64,000 bases of DNA from Octopus sinensis (Eukaryota), in contig NC_043018.1 of NCBI RefSeq assembly GCF_006345805.1, forward strand, positions 17,918,001 through 17,982,000, read 5' to 3'. The translations under genes were made by a program, and so were the position numbers. Numbering within the stretch: the first letter of the stretch is position 1; every line of letters starts with the position of its first letter. Under the pieces are notes generated by a model. It had not been told where the DNA came from and searched no databases. It worked only from the letters and a program-made list of their open reading frames with translations. Shown piece by piece: positions 26,569-39,068 of this stretch.

Positions 26569-27560
26569 ATATATATATATATATACATGCGCAATCGTGT
26601 GTGATTGTGAGCGCGCGTGCCTCATCCCAAGCCTAATATAAAAGATTCTTGTCCAAAGTACGGCGCATTTAGTTTCTTTCTGGATTCAGGTGATTGCCAT
26701 GTGATCTTTTTAATTAATCATACATCATTCCTCTTTTTATTTGAAATAGGAAAGGAGATCTTTAACACTAGATACCCTTACTAATCGACGACAGAGTAAG
26801 TTTTGAAACGTTAAAAATGGCTAAAAATCAACTAATATTCTATTCGATATTTAGATTCCTCTTTACCAAAATATGTTCAAGCGTGGTTTGCGGTTGGCAC
26901 CACCAAATTGATAAGCTAAACGCTCTATTCATTACAGAATCGATTAGACAACTTCACAACCAGTATTCGTCTGTGTATTTAAGTCCAAACAAAATTGTTA
27001 CTATGAAAAAATGTTGATAAGGAATTTAATTTCAATAAAATTAATTGGTTCTCAATTATTAATCTCAATATATTGTTTTATTTTTCCATTCATTTTATAA
27101 CAATCAATACATTGTTAGCTTTTAGATGTAATATAGTGTATTACGGAATTCTTTCTACAATTTTAGCCAATCACTGACTTTCTTGTAAGCCATCTAGCTG
27201 TGCTAAGCTTCAACCTTGTATATCTGTGAATGATATGAGTCGAGAAATCACATGTGTTTTTAAAACTATGACGGTTTGAGAGAACTCTCATTTGCATGAA
27301 TCCCCAAACCCAATAAATGAAAATAAAAATAAGTACGCTTTTAAATTTTTTTTTTTCACTTATTAAACAAACGAAATCTATATTTTTTTTGCAGAGAGCA
27401 TAGATTTCGCATCATCAATTGATACACGTAAGCAAAACGTTACAGAAAAACTAGTAGAAACGTTTAGATATCTCCCCAACAAATAAACCCAAATTAAAGA
27501 TAGTTTCAAAAGAAATTTCGACATTTTCATATTGATTGGATATTATTGAAGTCATTATTG

Positions 27561-27850
27561 TACGAGGGGAATTCCAGAAGGTTTGAGGCATTTGTAGGAG
27601 AGTCAGTTATAATCAGCCTAGTTTATTGTAACTTAATGTATATCATTGCCGTATATCTTATGAGCCGAGCTGCCAACATTTCTTATTCCAGATTAAAGAG
27701 ACGGCGGTAACAGCACCTTGAATAAGCACTAATACATACTGCTTGTTACAACTGACAAGTTCGCAAAATGCAATCGGGACATGAAAACAATTTGGAACCG
27801 CGTCATGCAATGAAGCTTTGTGAAAACCTTCGCACTTTGAAGGAGATTAT
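27561..27850 (+). mobile_element. Possible decayed mariner 5' end
   Basis: Begins TA-CGAGGGG like the mariner end at 60574; little else recognisable. Confidence 0.35.
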
Positions 27851-28371
27851 TTGTCAGTTTTATACCACGTGTTCACTCAGTTTCTTTGTCACAAGTTTTT
27901 TTGTACCCTATTCCATTCTTTGTTTCTATATCTAGGGCAGGTACTACTGGAATCATTACGTATAATGTTATCTACTTTCTTTCTACCCCCGCCCCACCCC
28001 TGTATACTCGAACCCTATATTTCTGATCATATCCAGAAAATTGCACGCGGTGCGTGAAGTTCTGTATATGGTTTTTCGTTTCATAGGGTTCGCATAGTGG
28101 GGAAACATTGTTCATTATTCTAAATAAGTCGGCTATCAGTTTGTTAATTTTCATATTTTGTGACAAACCTGAGTTCTTGTGAACAACATATTTTGAAGGA
28201 AATTTTATTTTAGGAAAAAAAAATTAAGAAACAAGTGGAAATTTTACCGTTGAGTGTTTTAAATTATAAGGCACAAAAAGAAAATGACTCTCCCTAGACA
28301 CAACAGAATATGCTTCAACACACAAACTCCCATAATGAATCTTGTAAACCAATCCCAAAACGAAATATATA

Positions 28372-28442
<71 letters not shown>

Positions 28443-28460
28443 CATATATACACATATTTA

Positions 28461-28650
28461 ATTCTTTATTGCCCACAAGGAGCTAAACATAGAGGAGACA
28501 AACAAGGACAGACAAATGGATTAAGTCGATTACATCGGCCCCAGTGCGTAACTGGTACTTATTTAATCGACCCCGAAAGGATGAAAGGCAAAGTCGACCT
28601 CGGCGGAATTTGAACTGAGAACGTAGCGGAAGACGAAATACCGTTAAGCA
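28461..28650 (-). mobile_element. SINE family A2 lacking most of the head
   Basis: Family A body and A2 tail. Confidence 0.85.
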
Positions 28651-29395
28651 TATATATCTGTGTGTGTGTGTGCGTGTGTGTTTATGTATGTGTTTATGTA
28701 TGTATATATGTATTGCACTTTTTCATTGTATGTTGTCGTTGACATATCTCACTTGGTATTGACACCGTGACGTTATTAATAGCCAACCTGGCCTTTGTCA
28801 CCGTTGAAGTGGCTGACGATAACACATGCTAATTCTCACCGCGACTTCATTTAATGTCTCTTAAATCTCGGAATGTAAAGTTATATATTCGTTTTCTATT
28901 TGACTGGATATGGAGAGAGAAAATAATTGTCACTGAAAGACATCAATCCTCGCCCGAAGACTTCAACATGAGGTCAGACAAATCGTAAAACAATTTAATT
29001 ATGATGAAACAATCAGACTCAACAACAATTAATTCTTAAAGTTATTTTTAATGAAACACATATGAATGGATGAGTGAGAGAGTGAGAGAGAAAGGGGGGG
29101 GAGAGAGTGACAGACAGAGAAAAGTATTGCTGGACAGACGGTTTGTGATGTAGAGCGACAGTTTCCCAGAAAGAAATATATACATTACATCATTTAACTG
29201 ATTTATTGTCTAATATTTCTTTTCTGGCGAACATTTGTTGCGCAGCAGCAGCAGCAGCAGCGGCAGTTCGGTGCTGGAGTAGGGAAATGCTAGGTTATCT
29301 CCCTTTTGGACACCAAGCTATTACAGGAAAATGCTGATGCAGACCTGACGAACCGTGGGCTGTAGTGGTTACGGTATGTTCCTCTTCATTAAAAT

Positions 29396-29582
29396 GCGGC
29401 GAGCTGGCAGAAACGTTAGCATGCCGGGTGAAATGCTTTGCAGTATTTCGTCTGCCGTTACGTTCTGAGTTCAAATTATAAAAGTATAAAAGGCAAAAGG
29501 GGCCACAGGGAAATCTGAACTCAGAACATAACAACGGACGAAATGCCACTAAGCATTTTGTTCGACACACTAACTATTCTGC
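29396..29582. mobile_element. Inverted pair of SINE A heads (+ 29396-29477; - about 29490-29582)
   Basis: gcggcgagctggcag..gagttcaaatt followed by the reverse-complement head aaatctgaactcagaac..ttctgc. Confidence 0.75.
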
Positions 29583-30700
29583 TTACCCTGCCATTATGCA
29601 ATTATTGAAACCACATTATGAATGATAGAACTTCGGTCTTGGCGACAACGGATAAGCTCGTGGATGCAACCTGTCATTCACTCCTCGATTCACCAAAAGA
29701 ATAAATATCAATGTTTGTTCAGATAAACATACAAAGCAACCTAAGCCAGCCTTTTTTTCTAAACGTTTGGACTGGATTAACTCGATAAACTACAGTCATT
29801 TGATTCGAATATTTGTTTTCTCTTCATTCTTATATTTAGATAAATATTGTTTTCTGTTAACCCATCGACAGCAACTTTTGCTGGGATTATAAATAATCAA
29901 TGAAGTACCCTAAACTCTACTACTTGTGACTTCAGAAAAAACGTCTACTCTGACCGAATTTCAACTCTGAACGTAGAATAGTGAACGTAATATCCCATAA
30001 GGTACTGTTTGTATTATATTAACTGAAATCCCACTTTTTTACAGCATCGATAGTAACTAAGTAATTACCTGACTACAATAATATCAATAATTCTACGTTC
30101 AAGAGTAATTAATACCGCTGTTAATGGGCGTAAAACATTACATACAAAAGATTTTGCCGGACAAGGATTTGGTTTCGTTGAGTAAAATATAACAGATTTA
30201 TTTAAATACACCTACATGAACATCTAGATGTAAGTATAGACATTGTACGTATAGCAGGAGAATATTAGCGTTATATTACATAAGAAAGAAAATGAGAAAT
30301 AAAAGGTAAAAATTGATGTAGAATGAGAGAAACGACTAGAAGTTGAAAGGAAGGATAAGAGAGGGAGCGGAAGAGATGGAGAAAGAAAATGGTGGCTATA
30401 AATTAATGAGTGTCTGAGCTAAAGACGTAACGGTTGGATAAGAGTTATTAAAACGTCGTCATATGTTGGGTAACGAAAATATTCACATCGGAGCGTAGAC
30501 AAGGAAAACAAATACCGTGTACGTGTGTTTTAATTGTTTAGCCCCAGGTCAACCCTGATCGAGCAAGCTTATCACCAGCGTCGTTCATTTCACACAACCA
30601 CCGTCTCGTATTCACTCACTTGAAAGTAGGAGAAAAATAGTTTGTATTTCGGTTTTCAGCAAGTCTATATATTAAATGTCTCCTCTCGTTTTGTGGCTGT

Positions 30701-30740
<40 letters not shown>

Positions 30741-31062
30741 TACACACACATGCACGCACATAAACACATTCACACATACACAAACAGACACGCACGCACA
30801 TTCACACATAAACACGTTCACACACATACACAAACACACACACATTCTGTCTCACATACATACACGCACATTATATATATATATAACGTGCGTATATGCG
30901 TGTGTGAGAGAGAGATATGTGTGTGTGATTGTGTGTGTGAGTGTGTTTATGTGTGAATGTGCTTGCGTGTCTGGTGTCTGCTTGTGTGCATGAATGTGTT
31001 TATGTGCGTTTCACAGCCACAAAACGAGATAAAACATATATATATATACATACATACATATT

Positions 31063-31140
<78 letters not shown>

Positions 31141-31445
31141 TGTATATGAATTCAGGATTCAAGTGAATCAGGTGCCTAAGTAGCACAGTATCACGTTCGG
31201 GTCAAAGAAAGAAATAGCAATTGTGACCAAAACAAAATTAAAGGAGAATCTAAGTGCAAACCGAAGTACAGACGCAAGAATATTCCAGTTGCGTATACCA
31301 TCAAAAGCACCACGAATCTCAAGTCTCTACCTACCAACACACACTTCGCCAATTGAAGTCTGCTCAATACAGTGCAGATCCACGCGAATTGCAGCTTCCA
31401 AGTAAGGTGAATGCTAAATGAATTACAGCAGATGAAAATTAGTTC

Positions 31446-31487
31446 ATTCCCTACAGCTGTTTCAGACTAGTCTTTTCATTGAGGAAT
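31446..31487 (-). ncRNA. Hammerhead-like motif (family 4) with a degenerate CUGANGA core
   Basis: attcct-caatgaaa-agac ta gtct-GAAAC-AGCT-GTA-gggaat: 6-bp stem I, palindromic AGCT loop, GUA site; the core is non-canonical. Confidence 0.5.
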
Positions 31488-32027
31488 AGAGTTGTTACGT
31501 AATGCGAAAAAAGCCGTTTTCTTCGGGTTCGTACATACAAATCAATCATATCAAAAATATATTCAAAGAATCAACATTATGTACCACTTCAAGATTCCTG
31601 GCTAGCTTCAACGAAAGAATGATTCGCTTACCGTCGATGTACAGGGAAACATTAGAGTGACAGGACCCGGGGGTGGGGGACGTAGGAAAAAAGTGAGAAT
31701 AAAAAAAACGGAATGGGGGATTAGAATCAGATATTTTGCTCCAACTTCAAGAGATAAGGTTACTTTATTTCATTTTTAATCTTCAGATCGCTGGACGACA
31801 AACTTCAAGTGGAAAAAAAAAACATTATAAGGTAATAGGTGATGTAGAAAGTATTTTATATAGTGGAAGAGGGAACCAGAATAGAGGAAGAGAATTAAAT
31901 ATTTTGTTCCTTCTTCTAAGATAGGTCAATTTATTTTATTCATATTCTGTAAGTAGCTGGACAACTGCATTCCAGCTATAAAATCTTTAAAAGATAACGA
32001 GGGAGGTTAAAAAAGATTATATATATT

Positions 32028-32059
<32 letters not shown>

Positions 32060-32076
32060 ATATATATATATATATA

Positions 32077-32340
32077 TTACATTAAATTAGAGATAAAACC
32101 ACTATTAGGCAAATCAAACAATGAAAAACATAAGCCAATACATAAAATTAATTAATTTATATTATTTTAAATATATATCAAAATTATTAAAAGTTTAATA
32201 AAAGATAATGAGTAAAACACTACGATCGTTTCATGGCTGTCCAATTCGTAATAATTCGAGTTATGGTTACAGTCAATCTTCAGGTAATTGAAATATTTAT
32301 CTTAGCGAGGTTTAACAATATATATAGTAGGAGGAAGAAT
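32077..32340 (-). mobile_element. Penelope-like pLTR remnant adjoining (TA)n; a related 3' piece lies at about 46789-46875
   Basis: Carries a hammerhead motif; the end sequence ttagagat/caaaaccactatta..gcaaatcaaacaa is shared with 46791-46830. Confidence 0.5.
32214..32290 (-). ncRNA. Type I hammerhead ribozyme motif (family 2)
   Basis: caattac-CTGAAGA-t tgactgt..acagcca t-GAAAC-GATC-GTA-gtgtttt; intact core, palindromic GATC loop, imperfect stem I. Confidence 0.65.
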
Positions 32341-33257
32341 ACATAGCGGATAGGAACTTGATATCTTGTTCTAACTCATAGAAGATAATTATTTTCTTTT
32401 ACTTTTAATCAGTAAATAGCTGGACTTCAGATTCCCCGGTCAAAAATAAACAACAACGAAACTTAATAGATAATATAAATTAAACAACTTGGAGAATTCA
32501 TAAATAAAATAACCTTACTTCCTTAGGTGTGCAATAAAAACACTCATACTTCCGTATGTGTACAAATGCGTACATTTTACTTCATACATTATCTTTTAAT
32601 TTATTTGTTTTTTGCTTGAACTTAGTCGTTCAGTGATCTAAAGATTAAAAATAAAATAACTTTATAACCTTATCTTTTGAAGATAGTGCAGAATATCTAC
32701 TTCTCTCCTCCCCCCTCTTTCTATTTTTACTCTACATACCTCCACGCTACTGTCACCAAAATGTTTTTTTTTTTCTTTATAAAGTACTAACTAGCGTGAA
32801 TGGATAATTCTTTGACTGAAGCTAACCAAGACAGGAATTATGAAGTGGTACAAATTGTTGATTCTTAGAATATTTTTTTTTAAATCTTTAATTCGCGTAT
32901 TGACCAGAAGAAAACGGGATATTTTTTTTTTCGCGTGATGTAATAACTCTATTCGTCAATAAAAACAAAACTCATTTGAAACAGCAATAGTGATCGAACC
33001 AACATCCATCTGTTCCTTGATTGGTATACCGCCCTCTACCTCATACTTTAGGTTGTTAATTAAATCTGCCTGGATCTCATTGATGTTTAGATTAATTGTA
33101 CAGCCCCTGGATATCGTATTTATTAGCATGCAATATTACAGTCACCATCACTCTGCAGTTCAATAATGCAGAGCCAGATGTCAGTGCTGGCATTGCATAC
33201 GCATTGAGAGAACACGTAGTATCGTTTCTCTTAAAGGTGCTTACCATTATCATAATA

Positions 33258-33491
33258 CAGTAATCCTTTGCCATATCGCGATTCACTTATCGCAGTTTAT
33301 TATTTAAGCCTACGTCGATTCCTCCGTGGTGTTGCTTTGCATTTATAATAAAATAAATGTACACAAATTATAAAAATAATTTTAAATAATTTTTTAAAGA
33401 TATACAGTACAGTACTGTTTTCTACTTCTCGGATTTTTACCTATCGCGGTTGGGTTGGAACGTAGCACCCGCGATAATCGAGTGATTACTG
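33258..33491. mobile_element. Tigger/pogo-like MITE, 234 bp
   Basis: TA-CAGTAATCC..TATCGCG at left and CGCGATAA..GATTACTG-TA at right; a right-end fragment also occurs at about 50901-50943. Confidence 0.75.
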
Positions 33492-33671
33492 TATTCATTG
33501 TTCATCTTGTTTCTGTCCCTTGTCCCGAACATCCTTACACTCATCTACGCTCAACTATTTGTGCAACATGAAATTGTGAAACCTCCGTATCATATATCCT
33601 TCGTAAATTTATATATTATCGGCTCTGGTATTTTGTATTGCATGCATTTCTTTAAGCAAATGATATCCCAG

Positions 33672-33898
33672 GCGAGCTGGTAGAAACGTTAGCACGCCGG
33701 GCGAAATTCGCAGCCGTATTTCGTCTGTCGTTACGTTCCGAGTTCAAATTCCGCCGAGGTCGACTTTGCCTTTCATCCTTTCGGGGTCGATAAATTAAGT
33801 ACCAGTTACGCACTGGGATCGATGTAGTCGACTTAATCCCTTTGTCTGTACGTGTTTGTCCCCTCTGTGTTTAGCCCCTTGTGGGTAGTAAAGAAATA
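33672..33898 (+). mobile_element. SINE family A2, full length
   Basis: TSD gatatcccag at 33662-33671 and 33899-33908. Confidence 0.9.
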
Positions 33899-34049
33899 GA
33901 TATCCCAGTTATGTTAGGATCCTGCTTGACAACACCAAGGGACCAGTGGAGGTGGAGATTTACGTTTAACAACAGCGACGTAAAGCCACCTCAGTCGGTC
34001 GCCGTCATCTACACGTTCTGGAGGGAATAAACTCGTGTGGTGTTGGCGA

Positions 34050-34890
34050 TTTTTGCTGCAAGTTGAAAAATTGGAAGACCACCGTATGTGTACGAAATAC
34101 TTGAGAAACGCCTATAGGGAATTGATTGTAATGTTGCAAACAGCGTATGGAGAGGATTTCTTGAGAGGTAATAAATGTCACAAACGGTACAAATTTTCTA
34201 CATTAGGAAGAACATCCAACGTAGACGATCCGAAATCTGGAGAAAATATCCACGGTTGCGGTTGGTAGTCACATTGCTAGATAGCAGCAAACCGTGGAAA
34301 TTGTTGCGTGTCTGTAATGCTTTGGAAGTTTCCAAAGAAGCAGTCATCTGTAAAATTTCTCATCGACATGTTTTTAATAGGAATGTTGTAACTATAGAGA
34401 ATGGCCACAAAATTTATGTTGCGCCTAGAAACGAAGAAAGGAAATCACAATCGAGTCATTTCCAGCTAGGAATTGATTTGATTGATGGTATTTTGAAAGA
34501 AAACTTTAGGAAAAGTTCCACAACAAATGTTGGTTCATTATCACGACATCAAACAAGGCTGGTGCAAGTTGCTCAGATATGATGATGCCAATTGTCCGTA
34601 TTTATTAAAAAGGTTTCATTCACCATGTATTTATTCTATTTAGTTAAACGATGAATTGGTTTTGAATTGAACGTAATGATACGTTTAGGAAAGTAAGTAT
34701 GAACGAAAATGAACATTGGATGCTGTAACAGAATAAAGTCACGAGTCAAGGGTTACGCTTTATGTGTGACATTTTGGTGAAGCAAGAGACAACACCTTGC
34801 ACGCACCTAGTATTCTCACCGGATTTGTGAAGCATCTAGTCTTCTCACCGGATTTGTCTCAGCGGACTTTTCGGTCCCAATAATGTCATG
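34050..34890 (+). pseudogene. Heavily decayed mariner transposase
   Basis: MLQTAYGEDFL....HKRYKF..GRTSNVDDPKSG (N-terminal HTH region); GILKENFRK; frameshifted YSPDL..ADF-like motif near 34840-34875. Confidence 0.65.
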
Positions 34891-35599
34891 AAATATGCAA
34901 ATTCGCTGATCTCAACCATGAGCTCGAATCGAAGGAATATCTTTACGCGAGTTGCGTGCCAGGGACGTCCTGTAAGCGCTCGAGACCTGGCACAACTTGG
35001 AGATAAAGAACTAACACGGTGATGGAACTATGTCGGGGGAAAACAAAACTAATTACTTTGTAATTAAATTATTAACAGCATTCTTTAATGACAGACATTT
35101 TACAAAGGCTATAAGTATGTGTGTGTGTGTATGTGTGTGCGTGTGTGTGTATGCGTGTATTGTGCTTTGTGTGTGCGTGCATGTGGTGGGGGTGAGCATT
35201 AGGAAGCAGATGGTACTATGAGATGATTAGTTTATTTTGTATTAGCAGCTGTACAAGACTGAAAAACTACTTCAATCACTACGAAAACCATCGTTCAATA
35301 TATGAAATCTTTGGAGAATCGAGGTTGATGGAACTGCATATAGAAATAATTTATATTAATACGTCTGGTTATATAAAAGACAAACAGATTTCAGCATAGA
35401 ACGGAACTCAATAATACACAGAAAAACAGCACGTTGTATCTATCTATGTATATATCCATGTCTATATATATATATATACATATGCGTGTGAGTGTGTGAG
35501 TGTGTGAGTGTGTGTGTTGATGTAATATGCTGTCACACCCTCTTACACACACAAATGCACCCTCATTCAGGTACATACACAAACACACACACACATATG

Positions 35600-35641
<42 letters not shown>

Positions 35642-35666
35642 CTATATCTCTATATGTATGTGTATG

Positions 35667-35718
<52 letters not shown>

Positions 35719-36038
35719 AAAGTGAAGAAGAATCAATACATTATACAGTATCTTCTAGTTTTAGATTCTAGTTTTAGAGACATTTAATAACTCCTGTGCC
35801 ATTACTCAGAATGTCATGGCCACTAAAGTATGAGCCATAATGATAATATATTGCAGATATCTGCTAAATTACTGACAGACATATATGTATGTATGTATGT
35901 AATACAATTAAGATTTAGGGGAATTAGATACTTAAACTGTGGCACTTCGTTCTGTCGGTACAGTTTGCACACACAACAGCAGTATTATGTGAATATCAAA
36001 CTTGGTATATAAATATCGACCGAATGATATTCCTGCAG

Positions 36039-36382
36039 TGTATGTAGAATGTCAGACCCCACTGAGCAAAGAAATCTTTCTTGAGCTATTCAGACATGTA
36101 CTTTATATGAAAAATGCTGTCCATGATATTTACGAAGGACAGATTCCGAGACAGGTGAATAAAATATGAGTAGCAGTAGAGGTACAGGTGACAATACATT
36201 TGGCTCGTTCCTCATGACGTATTTAGCTGATTAATGAAAACCTTGAGGCCAGGGAACAGAGAAAGAAAGAGAAAGAAGACATGCACTCAACACAAGAGCT
36301 GAAGATACCTTCGAAAAGGGGCAGGCCGCCACGTCAAAGCGGTAGAGGAGTAGGGGCCGAAACCGGACGTGGTTCCTCCTGA
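36039..36382 (+). CDS. Candidate exon pair (36039-36154 and 36227-36382) encoding a peptide with an AT-hook-like motif; product unknown, possibly a decayed transposon gene
   Basis: ttcctgcag| acceptor; CAG|GTGAAT..atttag| 72-nt intron removes three in-frame stops; KRGRPPR motif; the same frame reopens for 58 codons after TGA TGA. Confidence 0.3.
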
Positions 36383-36671
36383 TGACGTCTTGATCTAAAT
36401 GGATCCTATAAAGGAGCTGTTGTGGTAGCAGACCACGAAACATGGTTGAAATTCCTCAGTTGTAAAGAAGCTGTTTTCCTCAAATGTATTCGTGAACTTC
36501 AAACTAAGATCATTCGAAATGGTTTAACGGATCAAAATCATTTAGAACGTCGTCGGTTTTGAAGTATGTAGGTACATACATACATACATACATATACATA
36601 CATATACATATATATATATATAGATATATATATATATAATATATATATATATATTATATATATATATATAT

Positions 36672-36707
<36 letters not shown>

Positions 36708-37074
36708 ACATACGTCAATACGCCTCTAGCCTTTTATGCGTTATACTTAATGTACAAAGGATTGTATTATGAAATGTCTATTATCAGGAACTCCGGCACT
36801 TTCATCTGTCGTTTCAATTTTCCTGTGTTCTGTTTAACATTCCCTCCTCTCATCCGTTTCCTTGCTTTCAGTCAGTTTTCTATACGCAGGCATTTTGGAA
36901 TCTTTGTAGGTATTTATTCTTACTGTCGTGTCTATCGTGTTGCACTTTTCTAGAACACACACAGACAGATGCACATATGCGCTAGTTTAAATATACATAG
37001 TATATTCAGATACATGAAACAACTATATACATAAAAACATACTGACACATGCACACAGACACGGATATGTGAAT

Positions 37075-37076
37075 AA

Positions 37077-37136
<60 letters not shown>

Positions 37137-37149
37137 CGATAGATAGATA

Positions 37150-37194
<45 letters not shown>

Positions 37195-37207
37195 ATAATA
37201 GACAGAC

Positions 37208-37243
<36 letters not shown>

Positions 37244-37288
37244 GATAGATAGATCTATAGATATAGATAGATAGATAGATATATAGAT

Positions 37289-37320
<32 letters not shown>

Positions 37321-37490
37321 TATAGATAGACAGATAGATAGATAGATAGACATCTTTCTTTATTAGCCGCACATGGCCGAACACAGGGACGACAAAATAC
37401 AATGTAGGGCTTTTCTTTTCGAGAGAAAACAAGATGAAAGACAGAAAAGGAGGAAAACATTCCGATCTAAAGGGTTTGTGTAAAAAAAAA
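37075..37490 (-). mobile_element. Probable LINE 3' UTR (37351-37490) ending in a long (TATC)n tract (37075-37350)
   Basis: Pyrimidine-rich UTR ending gctaataaagaaagatg then (tcta)n; no coding part present. Confidence 0.4.
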
Positions 37491-37607
37491 TTGATAGATA
37501 GGTAGGTAGGTAGTTATATAGATAAATACATACATACATGTTTATGCATCCATTTAATTAATTTACATACGCATGTTTCACACACACATACATGCACACA
37601 CACACAA

Positions 37608-37644
<37 letters not shown>

Positions 37645-37664
37645 GTGTGGTGTGTGTGTGTGTC

Positions 37665-37867
37665 TTAGCTGTCTGCATCTATCTATCTCTGTATCTATAC
37701 ATATATATATATATATATATATATGTATAGAGATAGTAGATGCAGACAGAAATAGATATATATAGATATATAATATATATATTATATATATATATATATA
37801 TAATATATATATATATATAATATATATATATATGTCTATTTAGCTGTCTGCATCTATCTATCTCTGT

Positions 37868-37901
<34 letters not shown>

Positions 37902-37940
37902 GTATAGATACAGAGATAGATAGATGCAGACAGCTAAATA

Positions 37941-37992
<52 letters not shown>

Positions 37993-38033
37993 TATTTAGC
38001 GGGAAAGTTCTATCTAATCTCTGTATCTATACA
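37665..38033. repeat. Five copies of a unit of about 40 bp in alternating orientation, separated by (TA)n
   Basis: Unit tgtctatttagctgtctgcatctatctatctctgtatctatac: fwd 37665, rev 37723, fwd 37832, rev 37900, fwd 37989. Confidence 0.85.
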
Positions 38034-38037
38034 TATA

Positions 38038-38076
<39 letters not shown>

Positions 38077-38088
38077 TATAGAAAATGT

Positions 38089-38124
38089 CTTTTACGTTTC
38101 GAGCCTACGCTCTTCGACAGAAAG
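38089..38124 (-). ncRNA. Minimal hammerhead-like motif (family 3), A6-to-U core variant
   Basis: cttt-CTGTCGA-A-GAGC gtag GCTC-GAAAC-GTA-aaag; a partly deleted inverted sibling lies at 38572-38599 (+). Confidence 0.5.
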
Positions 38125-38205
38125 GTACACAGAAAAAAACAAGGAGAGAAAAAATGCGTGTAGGAGCTAACCATCTATCGTGGCGTCCTATATACACACA
38201 TACAT

Positions 38206-38242
<37 letters not shown>

Positions 38243-38256
38243 ACACACACACACAA

Positions 38257-38291
<35 letters not shown>

Positions 38292-38683
38292 ATAGGTGTG
38301 ACTGTGTGGCTCCCCTGTCACCACCTGACGACCGGTGCTGATTTGTTTACCTCCCCGTAAACTACCAATAGAGTACGATAGGATAAGTACCAGAGTTTAA
38401 AGGTGGTGCACCAGCGTGGCCGCAGTCTAATGACTGAAACACGTATCAGATAAATGTGTTTTGTGCATATTCCTTACATAATTATATACGCATACATACA
38501 TCAGCCATGATTGACCGCTAACTCCAAAAGTTTTATTTTTTCATTCTCTTTCTGTTTATTCCCTCGTGTGTGTTTCTGTTGAAAAGCGTAGGCTCGAAAG
38601 ACTTCCTCATATTCCCAAGCGTCAAACTAAAACATCTTGTTTATAACCTGTCCCCTCGTATTTTGATTTTCTGTAAATTCAAC

Positions 38684-38714
<31 letters not shown>

Positions 38715-38915
38715 ATATATATATATATATTATATGTATGTATATATATATAACCATCTAAGACCAGGGTCGATAGAGTCGATTCTTACCGAAACTGGCT
38801 GGTCTTGTGCCAAAATCAGATACCGTATTAATAGATTATAATTATTTTTATCTTGTAGTTTATAATTTCAATAGCTTTTGTCATACAAATATTTGAGATT
38901 ATTACTTCTGTACGT

Positions 38916-38985
38916 TGTTGCTAATGTTATTGTTGTTGTTGTTGTTGTTGTTGTTGCTAATATTGTTGTTGTTGTTGTTGCTAAT

Positions 38986-39016
<31 letters not shown>

Positions 39017-39021
39017 CTAAT

Positions 39022-39063
<42 letters not shown>

Positions 39064-39068
39064 GCTAC
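38916..39068 (+). repeat. (GTT)n array with periodic gctaatatt interruptions
   Basis: Visible in sequence; source of the poly-V/T ORFs. Confidence 0.95.

Noticed and set aside
26775-26820. atCGACGA cagagtaagtttt GAAACGTTaaaa, a hammerhead-like spacing
   Set aside because: No stem I, and stem II would rely on G.U pairs
33090-33262. 55-codon + frame (..VTITLQFNNAEPDVSAGIAYALREHVVSFLLK..)
   Set aside because: Weak splice signals and no family match
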